Positions 22,208 to 32,809 of a DNA stretch of 64,000 nt are shown piece after piece (the first letter of the stretch is position 1; every line of letters begins with the position of its first letter). Origin of the DNA: Anaeromyxobacter sp. (GTDB taxonomy: Bacteria; Myxococcota; Myxococcia; Myxococcales; Anaeromyxobacteraceae). Location of the stretch: positions 1 through 64,000 of the forward strand of contig JASGJN010000009.1 of assembly GCA_049840735.1 (NCBI GenBank), written 5' to 3'. The translations under genes and the position numbers were made by a program. Below the pieces are notes generated by a model. That model saw nothing but the letters and a program-made list of their open reading frames with translations. It was not told the DNA's origin and did no database searches.

Positions 22208-23953
22208 CGACCGGGCACACACCCCGCGTGCTGATGGTGGCCCACGGCTACCCGCCCCACGGGCTGGGGGGCGTCGAGGTCTCGGTGCAGCGGCTGGCGC
22301 ACGCGGTGCGCGACCAGGGGTGGGCGGTATCCGTCCTCCACCCGGTGGAGACGCCGCCCGAGCCCGCCTGCCGGATCGCGCGCCAGGAGCTGGACGGCGT
22401 CGCGGTCCACCGGCTGCACGGCCCGCAGAACGACCTGGTCTCGACCCTCTCGCACCCCGGGCGCGAGGCCGCCTTCGCCGCCTTCCTGCGCGACGGGCGC
22501 TTCGACGTGGTGCACTTCCACCACACCTCCAAGCTGCCCATGCGGCTGGTCCGGGTGGCGCGCGAGGCCGGGCTGCCGGTGGCGCTCACGCTGCACGACT
22601 TCTGGTTCCTCTGCCAGCGCATCCACCTGTACGTGGCCGGCGAGCGGCGCGTCTGCCCCGGCCCCGCCTCCGCCGACGCCTGCGTGCGCTGCGCCACCGG
22701 CGCGGTCTGGGAGCGGCTCGCCCCGGCGCAGCAGGACGGGCTGGTCCGGTTCTCCGCCGCGCGCGAGGGGGCGGCGGCCGAGGCGCTGCGGGCCGCGCAC
22801 CTGCTGGCCGCGCCCTCCCGCTTCGTGGCCGGCGTCTTCGCGCGCTCGGCCGTGGGGAAGGGGCTGCAGGTGGAGGTGGCGCCCCTGGGGCTGCCCGCGG
22901 GGGCGCCGCCGCGGACGGCGCGCCCGGAGGGTCCGCTCACGCTGGGCTACCTGGGTACGGTGCATGAGCTGAAGGGCGTCTTCGAGCTGGTGGAGGCCTT
23001 CGCGCAGGTGCGGGGCGACGCCCGGCTCGTGATCCGCGGCGGCGGGGTCTCCGCAGACGTGGCCGCGCTGCGGCAGGCCGCGAAGGACCCGCGCATCACC
23101 GTGGGTGGACCCTACGCGCCGCCGGAGCTGGGCTCCATCCTGCCCCGGCTGGACGCGCTGGTGGTCCCGTCGCGCATCGAGAGCTACTGCCTGACCGCGC
23201 GCGAGGCGCTGGCGGCCGGGGTGCCGGTGATCGCCTCGCGGGTGGGCGGCCTGCCCGAGGCGGTGGTGCACGGCCGGAACGGGCTCCTGTTCGACCTGGA
23301 CGCGCCCGGCGAGCTCGCCCGGGTGCTGCAGGCGGTGGTGGACGAGCCGGCCCTGCTGGCTGGACTCCGTCCGGTGCCGGTGGCGCCCCCGCTGGCCGTG
23401 GAGGCCGCCGGCTGCGATCGCGCGCTACGAGCGGCTGTGCGCCCTGACCCGCACGCCGACCCCGCCGGCGACCAGGCCGGCGCCAGTGCCCCCTGCGCCC
23501 GCGCGACCCGCCGGTGAGCCGAGCCCCGCGCCGCCCGGCAGCCGCCTGGGGATCCTGCTCGAGCCGGACGCCGGCGCCTGGGAGGGGGCGGTGGCCGAGT
23601 ACCTCCGCGCCTTCCGGCCGGAGGACCCTGTGGCGCTGGTGGTCGCGCTCGACCCGCAGAACCCCTGGGCGCCGTCGGAGGAGCAGGCGGGGGAGCGGCT
23701 GGTGGCGCTCATCGGCCGCCTGGGCCTGGCCTCCTTCCCGGAGCTGCGGGTGGCCCGCGCCGGCGAGCTGCGGGCCGAGCTGGCGGAGTTCGGCCAGCTG
23801 CGCTGGGCGCCGCCCCCCGACGGGCAGGCGGGCAACCGCTTCGCCCGGTGGGCGCCGGCTTGGAGCCTGGCCGGCGGGGGCGCTACCATGCCGGCTGCGA
23901 CGGCCGGTGCAGCACCCGCCATGGGACGCCCGGCAGGGGAGGAGGCGGGATGA
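22204..23953 (+). CDS. GT4 glycosyltransferase plus C-terminal accessory domain; apparent frameshift near 23415
   Basis: HGYPP...GGVE, DVVHFH, TLHDFWFLC, KGV..LVEAF, VVPS..ESY.L..REA; continues into the 23486..23953 frame. Confidence 0.88.
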
Positions 23954-24825
23954 GGGCGTTGATCCTCGGCGGCGACGGGATGCTGGGCCACGCGCTCGCG
24001 GACGCCTGGCGCGAGCGCCACGAGCTCTGGACCACGCTCCGCCAGCCCGCTGCGGCCTACGCGGGCGTGGCCGGCCTGCGCCTCGACGAGCGGACGCTCT
24101 GCGGCCTCGACGTGCGCCACCCGGATGACCTGGCGGAGGCCTTCGCCCGGGCGCGGCCGGAGGTGGTGGTGAACGCGGTCGGGATCGTGAAGCAGCGCCC
24201 CACCGCCGGCGAGGCCATCCCCAGCCTCGAGGTGAACGCGCTGCTCCCGCACCGGCTGGCGCGCCTCTGCGCGGCCGCCGGCGCGCGGCTGGTGCACCTC
24301 AGCACCGACTGCGTCTTCTCCGGCGCCCGGGGCGGCTACACCGAGCAGGACGCGCCGGACCCGAAGGACCTCTACGGCCGGAGCAAGCTGCTGGGCGAGG
24401 TGGCCGAGCCGCACTGCCTCACCCTGCGCACCTCCATCATCGGGCTGGAGCTGTCGCGCCGGACCGGGCTGGTGGAGTGGTTCCTGGCGCAGCGCGGGCC
24501 GGTGAAGGGCTACCGGCGCGCCATCTACTCCGGCCTGACCACGCTGGAGATGGCGCGGGCCATCGAGGCCCTGCTGGCGACGGCGCCGGCGCTCTCCGGG
24601 CTCTGGCACCTGGCCTCCGCCCCCATCGACAAGCACGACCTCCTCACCCGGCTGGCGCGCCGCCTCGGGCGGACCGACGTCGAGCTCGCGCCGGACGACG
24701 CCTTCGTCTGCGACCGGAGCCTGGACGGCTCGGCGCTGCTGCAGCGGACCCCCTACCGCGTCCCGACCTGGGACGCGATGCTGGACGAGCTGGCCCAGGC
24801 GATCCAGCGGAGACCACGGCCATGA
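23950..24825 (+). CDS. RmlD-family NDP-4-keto-6-deoxysugar reductase (WbvR/QnlA-like)
   Basis: GGDGMLG, VVNAVGIVKQ, VNALLPH, STDCVFSG, YGRSK.LGE, LRTSIIG. Confidence 0.92.
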   Translation: MRALILGGDGMLGHALADAWRERHELWTTLRQPAAAYAGVAGLRLDERTLCGLDVRHPDDLAEAFARARPEVVVNAVGIVKQRPTAGEAIPSLEVNALLPHRLARLCAAAGARLVHLSTDCVFSGARGGYTEQDAPDPKDLYGRSKLLGEVAEPHCLTLRTSIIGLELSRRTGLVEWFLAQRGPVKGYRRAIYSGLTTLEMARAIEALLATAPALSGLWHLASAPIDKHDLLTRLARRLGRTDVELAPDDAFVCDRSLDGSALLQRTPYRVPTWDAMLDELAQAIQRRPRP

Positions 24826-25895
24826 TGAGCCTCCACGGCAAGCGGATCCTGGTGACGGGCGGGACCGGCTCGATGGGCAAGCGGCTGGTGCGGCGCCTGC
24901 TCACCGGCGAGCTGGGGGTGCCCAGCAAGATCATCATCCTGTCCCGCGACGAGGCCAAGCAGCACGTCATGCGCCTCTCGTACATGGACCGGAAGACCAC
25001 CACCGAGGAGGTCATCTACGAGAACTTCTCGCGGACCATCTCCTTCCGCATCGGCGACGTGCGCAGCTACGCCGACGTCTGCTCGGCCATGCGCGAGGCG
25101 GACGTGGTGGTGAACGCCGCGGCCATGAAGCAGGTGCCGACCTGCGAGTACTTCCCGGAGCAGGCGGTGGCCACGAACTGCCTGGGCGCCGCCAACATCG
25201 TCCAGGCCATCAAGGACCACGGCTACCCGGTGGAGGCGGTGGTGGGCGTCTCCACCGACAAGGCCTGCAAGCCGGTCAACGCCATGGGGATGACCAAGGC
25301 GCTGCAGGAGCGCATCTTCATCTCCGCCAACGTCACCGTCCCCAGGACCCGCTTCGTCTGCATCCGGTACGGCAACGTGCTGGCGTCGCGCGGCTCGGTG
25401 GTCCCGCTCTTCCTGGACCAGATCGCGCACGGCGGGCCGGTCACGGTGACGGTGCCGGAGATGACCCGCTTCCTGCTCAGCCTGGACACCGCGGTGGACA
25501 CGCTGCTGGCGGCGCTGCGCTCCGCCCGCGCCGGCGAGACGCTGGTGCCGCGGGCCCCGGCGGCCACGGTGATGGACGTCGCGAAGGCGCTGGTGGGCGA
25601 CCGCGACGTGCCCATCAAGGTGACCGGCATCCGCCCGGGCGAGAAGATGGACGAGATCATGATCTCCGACGAGGAGGCGCGGCGGAGCATCGCGCGCGGC
25701 GACTACTACGCCATCCTGCCCATGCTCCCGGAGCTGATCCGCGACGAGGACCAGCGCGCGCCAGCGGCGCTGCAGAAGGAGTTCTCCTCCGCCGACCAGG
25801 TGCTGGATCTGGAGGGGACGGTGGCGCTGCTCCGCAAGCACAACCTCATGCCCGACCAGGCCGTGGTGAAGGACGGCGGCGAGCTGCTGGTCTGA
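24822..25895 (+). CDS. fnlA: UDP-GlcNAc 4,6-dehydratase/epimerase (FnlA/WbjB/CapE family)
   Basis: TGGTGS.G, SRDEAKQ, AAMKQVPTCEYFP, STDKA..PVNAMGMTKA, RYGNVLASRGSV, MTRF, GIRPGEK. Confidence 0.92.
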   Translation: MMSLHGKRILVTGGTGSMGKRLVRRLLTGELGVPSKIIILSRDEAKQHVMRLSYMDRKTTTEEVIYENFSRTISFRIGDVRSYADVCSAMREADVVVNAAAMKQVPTCEYFPEQAVATNCLGAANIVQAIKDHGYPVEAVVGVSTDKACKPVNAMGMTKALQERIFISANVTVPRTRFVCIRYGNVLASRGSVVPLFLDQIAHGGPVTVTVPEMTRFLLSLDTAVDTLLAALRSARAGETLVPRAPAATVMDVAKALVGDRDVPIKVTGIRPGEKMDEIMISDEEARRSIARGDYYAILPMLPELIRDEDQRAPAALQKEFSSADQVLDLEGTVALLRKHNLMPDQAVVKDGGELLV

Positions 25896-25903
25896 GGGGC
25901 GAC

Positions 25904-27058
25904 ATGGCCGGAGACGGGACGGGCGGGAAGCTGAAGGTGATGACCGTGGTGGGCACCCGCCCCGAGGTCATCAAGCTGAGCCGGGTCATCGCCGCGCTGG
26001 AGCGGCACACGGACCACGTGCTGGTCCACACCGGCCAGAACTACGACTACGAGCTGAACGGCATCTTCTTCGACGGGCTGGGCATCCCGCGGCCGCGCCA
26101 CGTGCTGGGCGTGGGCGGGCAGGGCGTGGCCCAGGTGATCGCCGACGTGATCGCCAAGACCGACGCGGTGTTGGAGTCCGAGCGCCCGGACGCGCTGCTG
26201 ATCTACGGCGACACCAACAGCTGCCTGTGCGTGATCCCGGCCAAGCGCCGGAAGATCCCGGTCTTCCACATGGAGGCCGGGAACCGCTGCTTCGACCAGC
26301 GGGTGCCGGAGGAGCTGAACCGCAAGGTGGTGGACCACCTCTCCGACGTCAACATGCCGCTCACCGAGCACGCCCGCCGCTACCTCCTGGCCGAGGGGCT
26401 CAGGCCGGAGACGGTGATCAAGACCGGCTCCACCATGAAGGAGGTGCTCGACCACCACGCGCCGGACATCGCCGCCTCGCGCGCGCTGGAGGCGCTGGGG
26501 CTCGCCCCGCGCGGCTACCTCCTGGTCTCCGCGCACCGCGAGGAGAACGTGGACGATCCGGGGCGGCTGGCGCTGCTGCTCGCGACCCTGCGGGCCGCGG
26601 CCCGCCGCTTCGGCAAGCGGGTGGTGGTCTCCACCCACCCGCGCACGCGGGCCCGGCTGGAGGCGCTGGCGCCGCAGGCGCAGGCCCTGGCCGCGGAGGG
26701 GATCGCCTTCCTCAAGCCCTTCGGCCTGGCCGACTACGTCCGGCTGCAGCAGGAGGCCTTCTGCGTCCTCTCCGACAGCGGGACCATCACCGAGGAGTCG
26801 GCCCTGCTCGGCTTCCCGGCGGTGACGCTGCGCGAGGCGCACGAGCGGCCGGAGGGGATGGACGCGGGGACGCTGATCATGACCGGCCTCTCGGCCGACC
26901 GGGTGCTGCAGGGCGTGGAGGTGGTCACCTCGCGCCGTCCCGGTGAGCGCCCCGGGCTGCCGCCCGACTACCTCGAGCCGAACGTCTCGGCCAAGGTGGT
27001 GCAGATCATCCTCTCGTACGTGGACTACGTGAACCGGACGGTGTGGCGGAAGGCGTGA
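25904..27058 (+). CDS. wecB: Non-hydrolysing UDP-N-acetylhexosamine 2-epimerase (FnlC/WbjD/CapG-like)
   Basis: VGTRPE.IKL, HTGQNYDYEL, GDTNS, HMEAGNRCFD.RVPEE.NR, HREENVD, SDSGTITEE, HERPEG. Confidence 0.94.
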   Translation: MAGDGTGGKLKVMTVVGTRPEVIKLSRVIAALERHTDHVLVHTGQNYDYELNGIFFDGLGIPRPRHVLGVGGQGVAQVIADVIAKTDAVLESERPDALLIYGDTNSCLCVIPAKRRKIPVFHMEAGNRCFDQRVPEELNRKVVDHLSDVNMPLTEHARRYLLAEGLRPETVIKTGSTMKEVLDHHAPDIAASRALEALGLAPRGYLLVSAHREENVDDPGRLALLLATLRAAARRFGKRVVVSTHPRTRARLEALAPQAQALAAEGIAFLKPFGLADYVRLQQEAFCVLSDSGTITEESALLGFPAVTLREAHERPEGMDAGTLIMTGLSADRVLQGVEVVTSRRPGERPGLPPDYLEPNVSAKVVQIILSYVDYVNRTVWRKA

Positions 27059-27074
27059 GCGGAGGCCCCGCGCG

Positions 27075-28106
27075 TCACCTGGCCGGGGGCGCAGCCTGCG
27101 CGGCGGCCCAGTCCCTGGAGCGCCAGATCCGCTGGAACTGCTCGATGAGCAGCGCCGGGGTCTCCGGCACGACGCCCAGCCGCTGCAGCGGGCTCGCCCA
27201 GGCGAAGCGGACCTCCGCCTCGCCGGACCGGACCAGCGCGCCGCCGTAGAGCGGCAGGTGCGGGAGCACGTCCGCGTTGCAGATGTAGTAGGGGCGCTCG
27301 TCGAAGATGGGGATGGAGGCCGGCCCGGACGAGGCGCCGACGTGGAAGGCCGAGTGGCGGATGAGCGCCAGGTCCTGGATCACGTCGGTGTGGGCGTCCT
27401 TGGCGTACACCACGTTCGTGCAGCGGCGCAGCGCGTCGTCCACCTCCGCCGCCGCGCAGGTGACGAAGAAGCGGACCGGGAGCGGCTCGCAGGAGACGAA
27501 GAGCGCGCGCCAGGCGGCCAGGTCGGAGTTCCGGTGGTCGTGGAAGCGGCGGTTGCCGCGCAGGTTCACCGTGATCGGCACCAGCCCGGGCGCCTGCTCG
27601 GCCAGGAAGCGCCGGGCCCAGGCAGCGGTGGCCTCGGAGAAGCAGAGCCGCGGGATGGGCCTGCCGGCCTGGTGGTGCCGGTGCACGGCCTGGAGGATGT
27701 CGTAGTACATGTACCGCCTGGCCTCGATGGCCGCGCGCGGCGGCCAGACCGGGCTGCCGGCCCTGGCGTCGAGGTGGGCCAGGCACTCCTCCCTCCGGTC
27801 GAAGACGTGCACCGCACCGAGGCGCGGGCAGAGCTGGACCAGCGGCAGCAGCTCGAACAGGCGCTGCCGGTGCGTGTCGCGCGTGGCCAGGGCCGCCATG
27901 ATGGGATCGCTGCGCGGGTCGTCCGGATCCGAGAGCAGGCAGCAGTCGATGCGGTCCGCGCCGCAGGACTCCGCCGCCGCCAGGGCGCCGTTCAGGTAGA
28001 CGAGGAGGTCGCCGATGCTGAACGGCTGCACGGCGAAGTCGACCACGACCGTCAGCGTGGCGCCCGCGGGGGCCGGTGGTGGCTTCGGACCGATTCTCAA
28101 GGGCAT
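27075..28106 (-). CDS. Hypothetical protein, possible divergent GT-B glycosyltransferase
   Basis: Strong coding bias; SIGD near the N-terminus and C-terminal TVNLR..HRNSD...W and DLALI..SAFHVGASSGP, as in GT9-like folds. Confidence 0.6.
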   Translation of the reverse strand: MPLRIGPKPPPAPAGATLTVVVDFAVQPFSIGDLLVYLNGALAAAESCGADRIDCCLLSDPDDPRSDPIMAALATRDTHRQRLFELLPLVQLCPRLGAVHVFDRREECLAHLDARAGSPVWPPRAAIEARRYMYYDILQAVHRHHQAGRPIPRLCFSEATAAWARRFLAEQAPGLVPITVNLRGNRRFHDHRNSDLAAWRALFVSCEPLPVRFFVTCAAAEVDDALRRCTNVVYAKDAHTDVIQDLALIRHSAFHVGASSGPASIPIFDERPYYICNADVLPHLPLYGGALVRSGEAEVRFAWASPLQRLGVVPETPALLIEQFQRIWRSRDWAAAQAAPPAR

Positions 28107-28411
28107 CGCTGCTCCGGGCGGGCGCTGGAGCGGGCGCTGCCGCGCCGCGCCGCGGTGCCATCCTGCCAGAGGGGCGCCGGAGGCGGAATGCGCTGGCCGT
28201 CCGACCGGTGACGCCCGGCCGCGCGCGTCAGCCCGCTGACGCAGCCGACTCCACCGGGGGCTCGCCTGCCGGTTGCGGAATCCGCTTGTTCCACCGGGGG
28301 TTCGGTGGGGCAGGGGCGGCCCCGGCCCGCCGGGCGGCGGTCGCACCGGTTGTCACGGTCCTTGCTATGCAGCGAGCCGGGCCCCGCTGGCCCGCTCACG
28401 AGGTGCCCGCG

Positions 28412-30062
28412 ATGTCCCTGCGCGTCCTGCTCATGACCTCCAGCTCCGCGGCCGGCTTCCACGTCGCCCCGGCGCTGGGGCTCCATCGGCTCCGCCATCA
28501 CCTGGTGGAGGCAGGGTTCGCCTGCGACATCCACGATGCCGACATGGAGGCCGAGGGGCCGTTCCTCGAGGCGGTCGCGCGCGGCGCCTACCAGGTGCTC
28601 GGGTTCAGCGTCTCCCACTACAACCTGGCGCAGGACCTCGACCGGATTCTGGCGCTTCCGCGACGCGGCCGCGCCGTGCGCGCGGGCGCCGCTCTTCCTC
28701 GGCGGTGGCCAGGAGGCGACGATGAACGCCGCGCAGTTCCTGGCGGGCGGCCTGGAGCTCGTCCTGACCGGCTTCGCCGAGCGGTCCCTGGTCCAGCTCT
28801 GCCAGGATCTGGTCGCCCGCCCGGAGGCCACGCCCGCGGCGCGCGTCGCCGCCGTCGCGGGGGCGGTGGCCCGCCGCGCCGACGGGAGCCTGGTCTCCAG
28901 CCCGGCGCCGCGGCTGGACGGCGACGCGTTCCGGCGCCTCAACCACGACGCCGTGCTGCAGCTGGAGCTCCCGTACGCCGCCTACTGGGACAAGGTCCGG
29001 GGCGAGAGCGACGCGTTCCAGCTGGGCGGCGGAAGGTTCGTGGTGGAGAACGTGCGGCTGTACACCTCCAGCCACTGCCCGCGGCTGTGCGGCTTCTGCT
29101 CGTCGCAGGCCTTCCTGCCGGCTTCGCAGGGCGAGGGGCTGTCCATCCTGGCGCTCACCGGGGACGAGCTGCACGCCGTCGTGCTCGACCACCACCGCCG
29201 CTACCGGATGCGCGGCGTCCTCTTCTCCGACGACGACTTCCTCATCGGGACGCGCCCCGGGCTGGAGCGCGCCCGGCGCTTCTGCGAGCGCGTCACGGCC
29301 TCCAAGGCCGCCGGCGAGCTGCCCGGCGACCTGATGTTCAACTGCCAGGCCCGGGTGGCCGACTTCCTCCGCGGCGGCGCGGCGCGGCGGGTGGACCGCC
29401 CGCTCGTGGCCCAGCTCGCGGCGGCCGGCTTCCACAGCGTGGGGCTGGGCGTCGAGACCTTCTCGGACCGCCTGCTGCAGGCGCCCACCATCCACAAGCA
29501 GGGGATCTCCGCCGCCGACTGCCGTGCCGTGCTCGACGCGCTGCTGGAGGGCGGGCTCTGCCCGCAGATCAACATCATCCTGGGCATCCCGGAGAGCACC
29601 GTGGCCGACCTGGTCGGAACGCTGGAGGTGGCGCTCGGCTACATCCTGCGCGGCTGCCAGGTGGCGACCACCCCGTACATCCTCACGGTGCCGGGCGCGC
29701 CCATCACCCGGATGTCCGGGTACACCACCGTCCACCGGACCTGGCATCACCCGCTCACCGGCGAGGCGCTGCAGATCGCCGATCACCTCGAGCCGCACGA
29801 CCCGCTCATCGCCGAGGCCATGGCGCACCTGTCCGAGGACACCGACCGGGCCTCCGCCGAGCTGCTGGCGCGGAGCCGCTGGCCGGGGCCGGCGCTCCCC
29901 AAGACCGCGCTCGGGCTGGCCCGCTTCATGGGCCTGGCCCGCCGGGTGGGGGCCACCGCGCTGGCGGAGCGGCTCGACGCCACCGCGCTCCAGCTGCTCG
30001 CCGAGGCCATGCGGCGCCGCCCCGCCGGCCGCACGGCCACCGCCCGGGAGGCCCGACCGTGA
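28412..30062 (+). CDS. Cobalamin-binding radical SAM protein; apparent frameshift near 28647
   Basis: N-domain PALGL..L, VLGFS, GGQEAT; CPRLCGFC; FSDDDF; GLGVET; IILGIP. Confidence 0.9.
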
Positions 30063-31276
30063 CCGGCGCGCGCCTGGCGGCGCTGGCGCTCCACGGCGGA
30101 CCGCCGGTGCGGCGGGAGCCCATGCCGGCGCGCCGCGCGCTCGGCCCTGCCGAGCGCGCCGCCATCGAGGCCGCGCTGGACGAGTGCCAGGCGTCGGGGC
30201 GGGAGCTCGGCTACCAGGGGCCGCAGGAGGAGGCCTACACCGCCGCGTTCGTCGCCTACCAGGGCGTGCCCGGCCACGCCGACGCCGTGGCCACCGGCAC
30301 GGCCGGGCTGTACGTGGCCCTGGCGGCGCTGCAGCTACCCCGCGGCAGCCACGTGCTGGTCTCACCGGTGACCGACCCCGGCACCCTCAACGCCGTCGTG
30401 CTGAACGGGCTGGTGCCGGTGCTGGTGGACGCGCAGCCCGGCTCCTACCTCATGGGCGCGGAGCAGGCGGCGGCCCGGCTCACGCCCGCCGCCCGCGCGC
30501 TCCTGGTGGTGCACGCGAACGGCCTGGCCGCGCCCATGGGGCCGCTGCTCGAGCTGGCGGCCCGGCACGGGCTGCGGGTGGTCGAGGACTGCTCGCAGGC
30601 CCACGGCGCCTCGCTGGATGGGCGCAAGGTCGGGACCTTCGGCGACCTGGCCGTCTTCTCCACCATGTTCTCGAAGAACCACGCCACCGGCGGCTGCGGC
30701 GGCGTGATCTACACCCGCGACCTGGCGCTGCACCGGCTGGCGCGCGCACACGCCGACCGCGGCAAGCCGTTCTGGGATCCCGCCTTCACCGACCGCGATC
30801 CCAGCACGTACCTCTTCCCGGCGCTCAACCTGAACCTCGACGAGCTGTCCTGCGCCATCGGGCGGGCCAGCCTGGCCCGGCTCGACGAGGTCCGGACCAG
30901 CCGCATCGCCTTCGCGGCGCGGCTCCGGGCGGCGCTGGAGGGGCGCTCGCGCGCCTGCGCGCCGGAGCCGGTGCCGGAGAGCGCCTCGCCCTTCTTCCAG
31001 GTCGTCGCGTTCGACGCGACGCGGCTGCGCTGCGACAAGGCCACCTTCGCCGCCGCCCTGGCCGCGGAGGGCATCCCGGTGCGCGGCCACTACCCCCAGG
31101 TCGCCGCGGAGTGGCGGTACCTGCGGCCCCACCTGTCGGACGGCTTCGCCTGCCCCAACGCGGTGGCGCGGCGGGATGCCGTCTTCCACTTGCCGTTCAA
31201 CGAGAACCACGGCGATCGCGAGGCGGCCGACATCGCCGCCGCGATCGAGAAGATCGAGAGGGCCTACGCGCCATGA
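30059..31276 (+). CDS. DegT/DnrJ/EryC1/StrS PLP-dependent aminotransferase
   Basis: ATGTAGL, VEDCSQAHGA, GTFGD..FS...SKN..TGG.GG. Confidence 0.94.
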   Translation: MTGARLAALALHGGPPVRREPMPARRALGPAERAAIEAALDECQASGRELGYQGPQEEAYTAAFVAYQGVPGHADAVATGTAGLYVALAALQLPRGSHVLVSPVTDPGTLNAVVLNGLVPVLVDAQPGSYLMGAEQAAARLTPAARALLVVHANGLAAPMGPLLELAARHGLRVVEDCSQAHGASLDGRKVGTFGDLAVFSTMFSKNHATGGCGGVIYTRDLALHRLARAHADRGKPFWDPAFTDRDPSTYLFPALNLNLDELSCAIGRASLARLDEVRTSRIAFAARLRAALEGRSRACAPEPVPESASPFFQVVAFDATRLRCDKATFAAALAAEGIPVRGHYPQVAAEWRYLRPHLSDGFACPNAVARRDAVFHLPFNENHGDREAADIAAAIEKIERAYAP

Positions 31277-31992
31277 GCCACCCCACCGACGACCGCTCCG
31301 CCTTCTTCGGGAGCACCTCCAGCGCCGGCATCAAGCGGGTCTACGAGGACATCCCGCTGGAGGCCGCCGGCCGGCCCTACGTGCTGGGACCCTACAACTC
31401 CGAGAACCTGTGGCGGGACCCGCGCCGCATCGGCTTCATGCTGGCCCGGTACAAGTGGGTCGCCAAGATGCTGGACGGGAAGGCGAGCGTCCTGGAGGTG
31501 GGCTGCCAGGAGGGGCTGGGCACCACGCTGGTGGCGCGCGCCGTGGCGCGGATCACCGCGGTCGACTTCTACCGCCCGCACGTCGAGCACTGCCAGGCGC
31601 ACGTGGCCCCGGGCTGCCCCAACATCACGTTCCAGGGGCACGACATGCTGGATGGGCCGGTGGCCGGCGGGTTCGACGCGGGCTACACGCTCGATGTGCT
31701 GGAGCACATCGAGCCGGCGCAGGAGCACCTCTTCATGACCCACCTGGCCGCGAGCCTCGGGCCCAAGGGCGTCGCCATCGTGGGGATGCCGTCGCTCGAG
31801 TTCCAGCCGCACGCGTCTCCCGCCAGCCGGGCCGGCCACATCAACTGCAAGACCGGCCAGGGGCTGCGCGAGCTCTGCGGCCGCCACTTCGACCACGTGT
31901 TCATGTTCGCCATGAACGACGAGGTCGTGCACACCGGCTTCCTCCCCATGGCGTGCTACCTGCTGGCCCTCTGCGTCGGGCCGCGGAGGTGA
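31273..31992 (+). CDS. Class I SAM-dependent methyltransferase
   Basis: ARYKWVAKM, VLEVGC.EG.G, LDVLEHI, GHINCK, MNDEVVHTGF. Confidence 0.9.
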   Translation: MSHPTDDRSAFFGSTSSAGIKRVYEDIPLEAAGRPYVLGPYNSENLWRDPRRIGFMLARYKWVAKMLDGKASVLEVGCQEGLGTTLVARAVARITAVDFYRPHVEHCQAHVAPGCPNITFQGHDMLDGPVAGGFDAGYTLDVLEHIEPAQEHLFMTHLAASLGPKGVAIVGMPSLEFQPHASPASRAGHINCKTGQGLRELCGRHFDHVFMFAMNDEVVHTGFLPMACYLLALCVGPRR

Positions 31993-31996
31993 GGCG

Positions 31997-32809
31997 GTGA
32001 CGCCGCTCGGCCAGGACGACGTGGTGGCCGGGCTCGAGCGGCTGGGCCTGGCCGGTGCGCGGGTGGCGGTGCACACCTCGCTGCGCAGCTTCGGGGCGCT
32101 GGAGGGAGGCGCCGACGCGGTCGTGGGCGCGCTCCGGGCGGTGTGCGCCACGGTGCTCGCGCCGGCGTTCTGCTGGGACTCGAACGCCCCGCCACCTCCC
32201 GGCGATCGCCCGGCCCGCAACGGCTGCGACTACGCCTTCTACGACGGTTGGACCAGGCCGCCGCTGCCCTTCCGGGCGGAGGCGGCCGGCATCCAGCGGT
32301 CGATGGGGGCGGTGCCGCGCCGCCTGCTGGAGCTGCCCGGCGTCTGCCGGAGCGACCACGCCTGGCACTCCTGGGCGGCCTTGGGCGAGGGCGCCGGGGC
32401 GCTCACCGCCGACCACGGCTGGGAGACCACCAACCTCCCGCTGGAGCGGCTGGCGAGGGCGGGCGGGCAGGTGCTCCTGCTGGGCGTCGGGCTCGGCTCC
32501 TGCACCGCCATCCACTGCGCCGAGGAGCGGGCCGGCCAGCGTCCCTTCATCCGCTGGGCGACCGGGCGGGACGGGGTGGTCCGCCGCGTCCGCGCGGCCG
32601 GCTGCGCCAAGGGGTTCGACGCGCTGCTGCCAGGGTGCGCCGACCTGTTCCGCGAGGCCCACATCGGCCCGTGCCGCGCGCTGGCTGCGCCGCTCGAGCC
32701 GCTGATCGCCCGCGCCGCGTCGCTCCTCCGCGCCGACCCGGGCGCCGGGCGCTGCCCCACGGCCTGCCTGCGCTGCCGCGACGCCGCCCTGGGAGGTCCG
32801 GATGCCTGA
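31997..32809 (+). CDS. AAC(3)-family N-acyltransferase
   Basis: VHTSL.SFG..EGGA, MGAV, RS.H..HS.AA.G, VLLLGV...CTAIH.AE, terminal C..C..C. Confidence 0.9.
   Translation: MTPLGQDDVVAGLERLGLAGARVAVHTSLRSFGALEGGADAVVGALRAVCATVLAPAFCWDSNAPPPPGDRPARNGCDYAFYDGWTRPPLPFRAEAAGIQRSMGAVPRRLLELPGVCRSDHAWHSWAALGEGAGALTADHGWETTNLPLERLARAGGQVLLLGVGLGSCTAIHCAEERAGQRPFIRWATGRDGVVRRVRAAGCAKGFDALLPGCADLFREAHIGPCRALAAPLEPLIARAASLLRADPGAGRCPTACLRCRDAALGGPDA

Noticed and set aside
28076..31276. Apparent 1066-aa radical SAM-aminotransferase fusion
   Set aside because: Artefact of the frameshift near 28647; the middle is off-frame and the DegT gene has its own coupled GTG at 30059.
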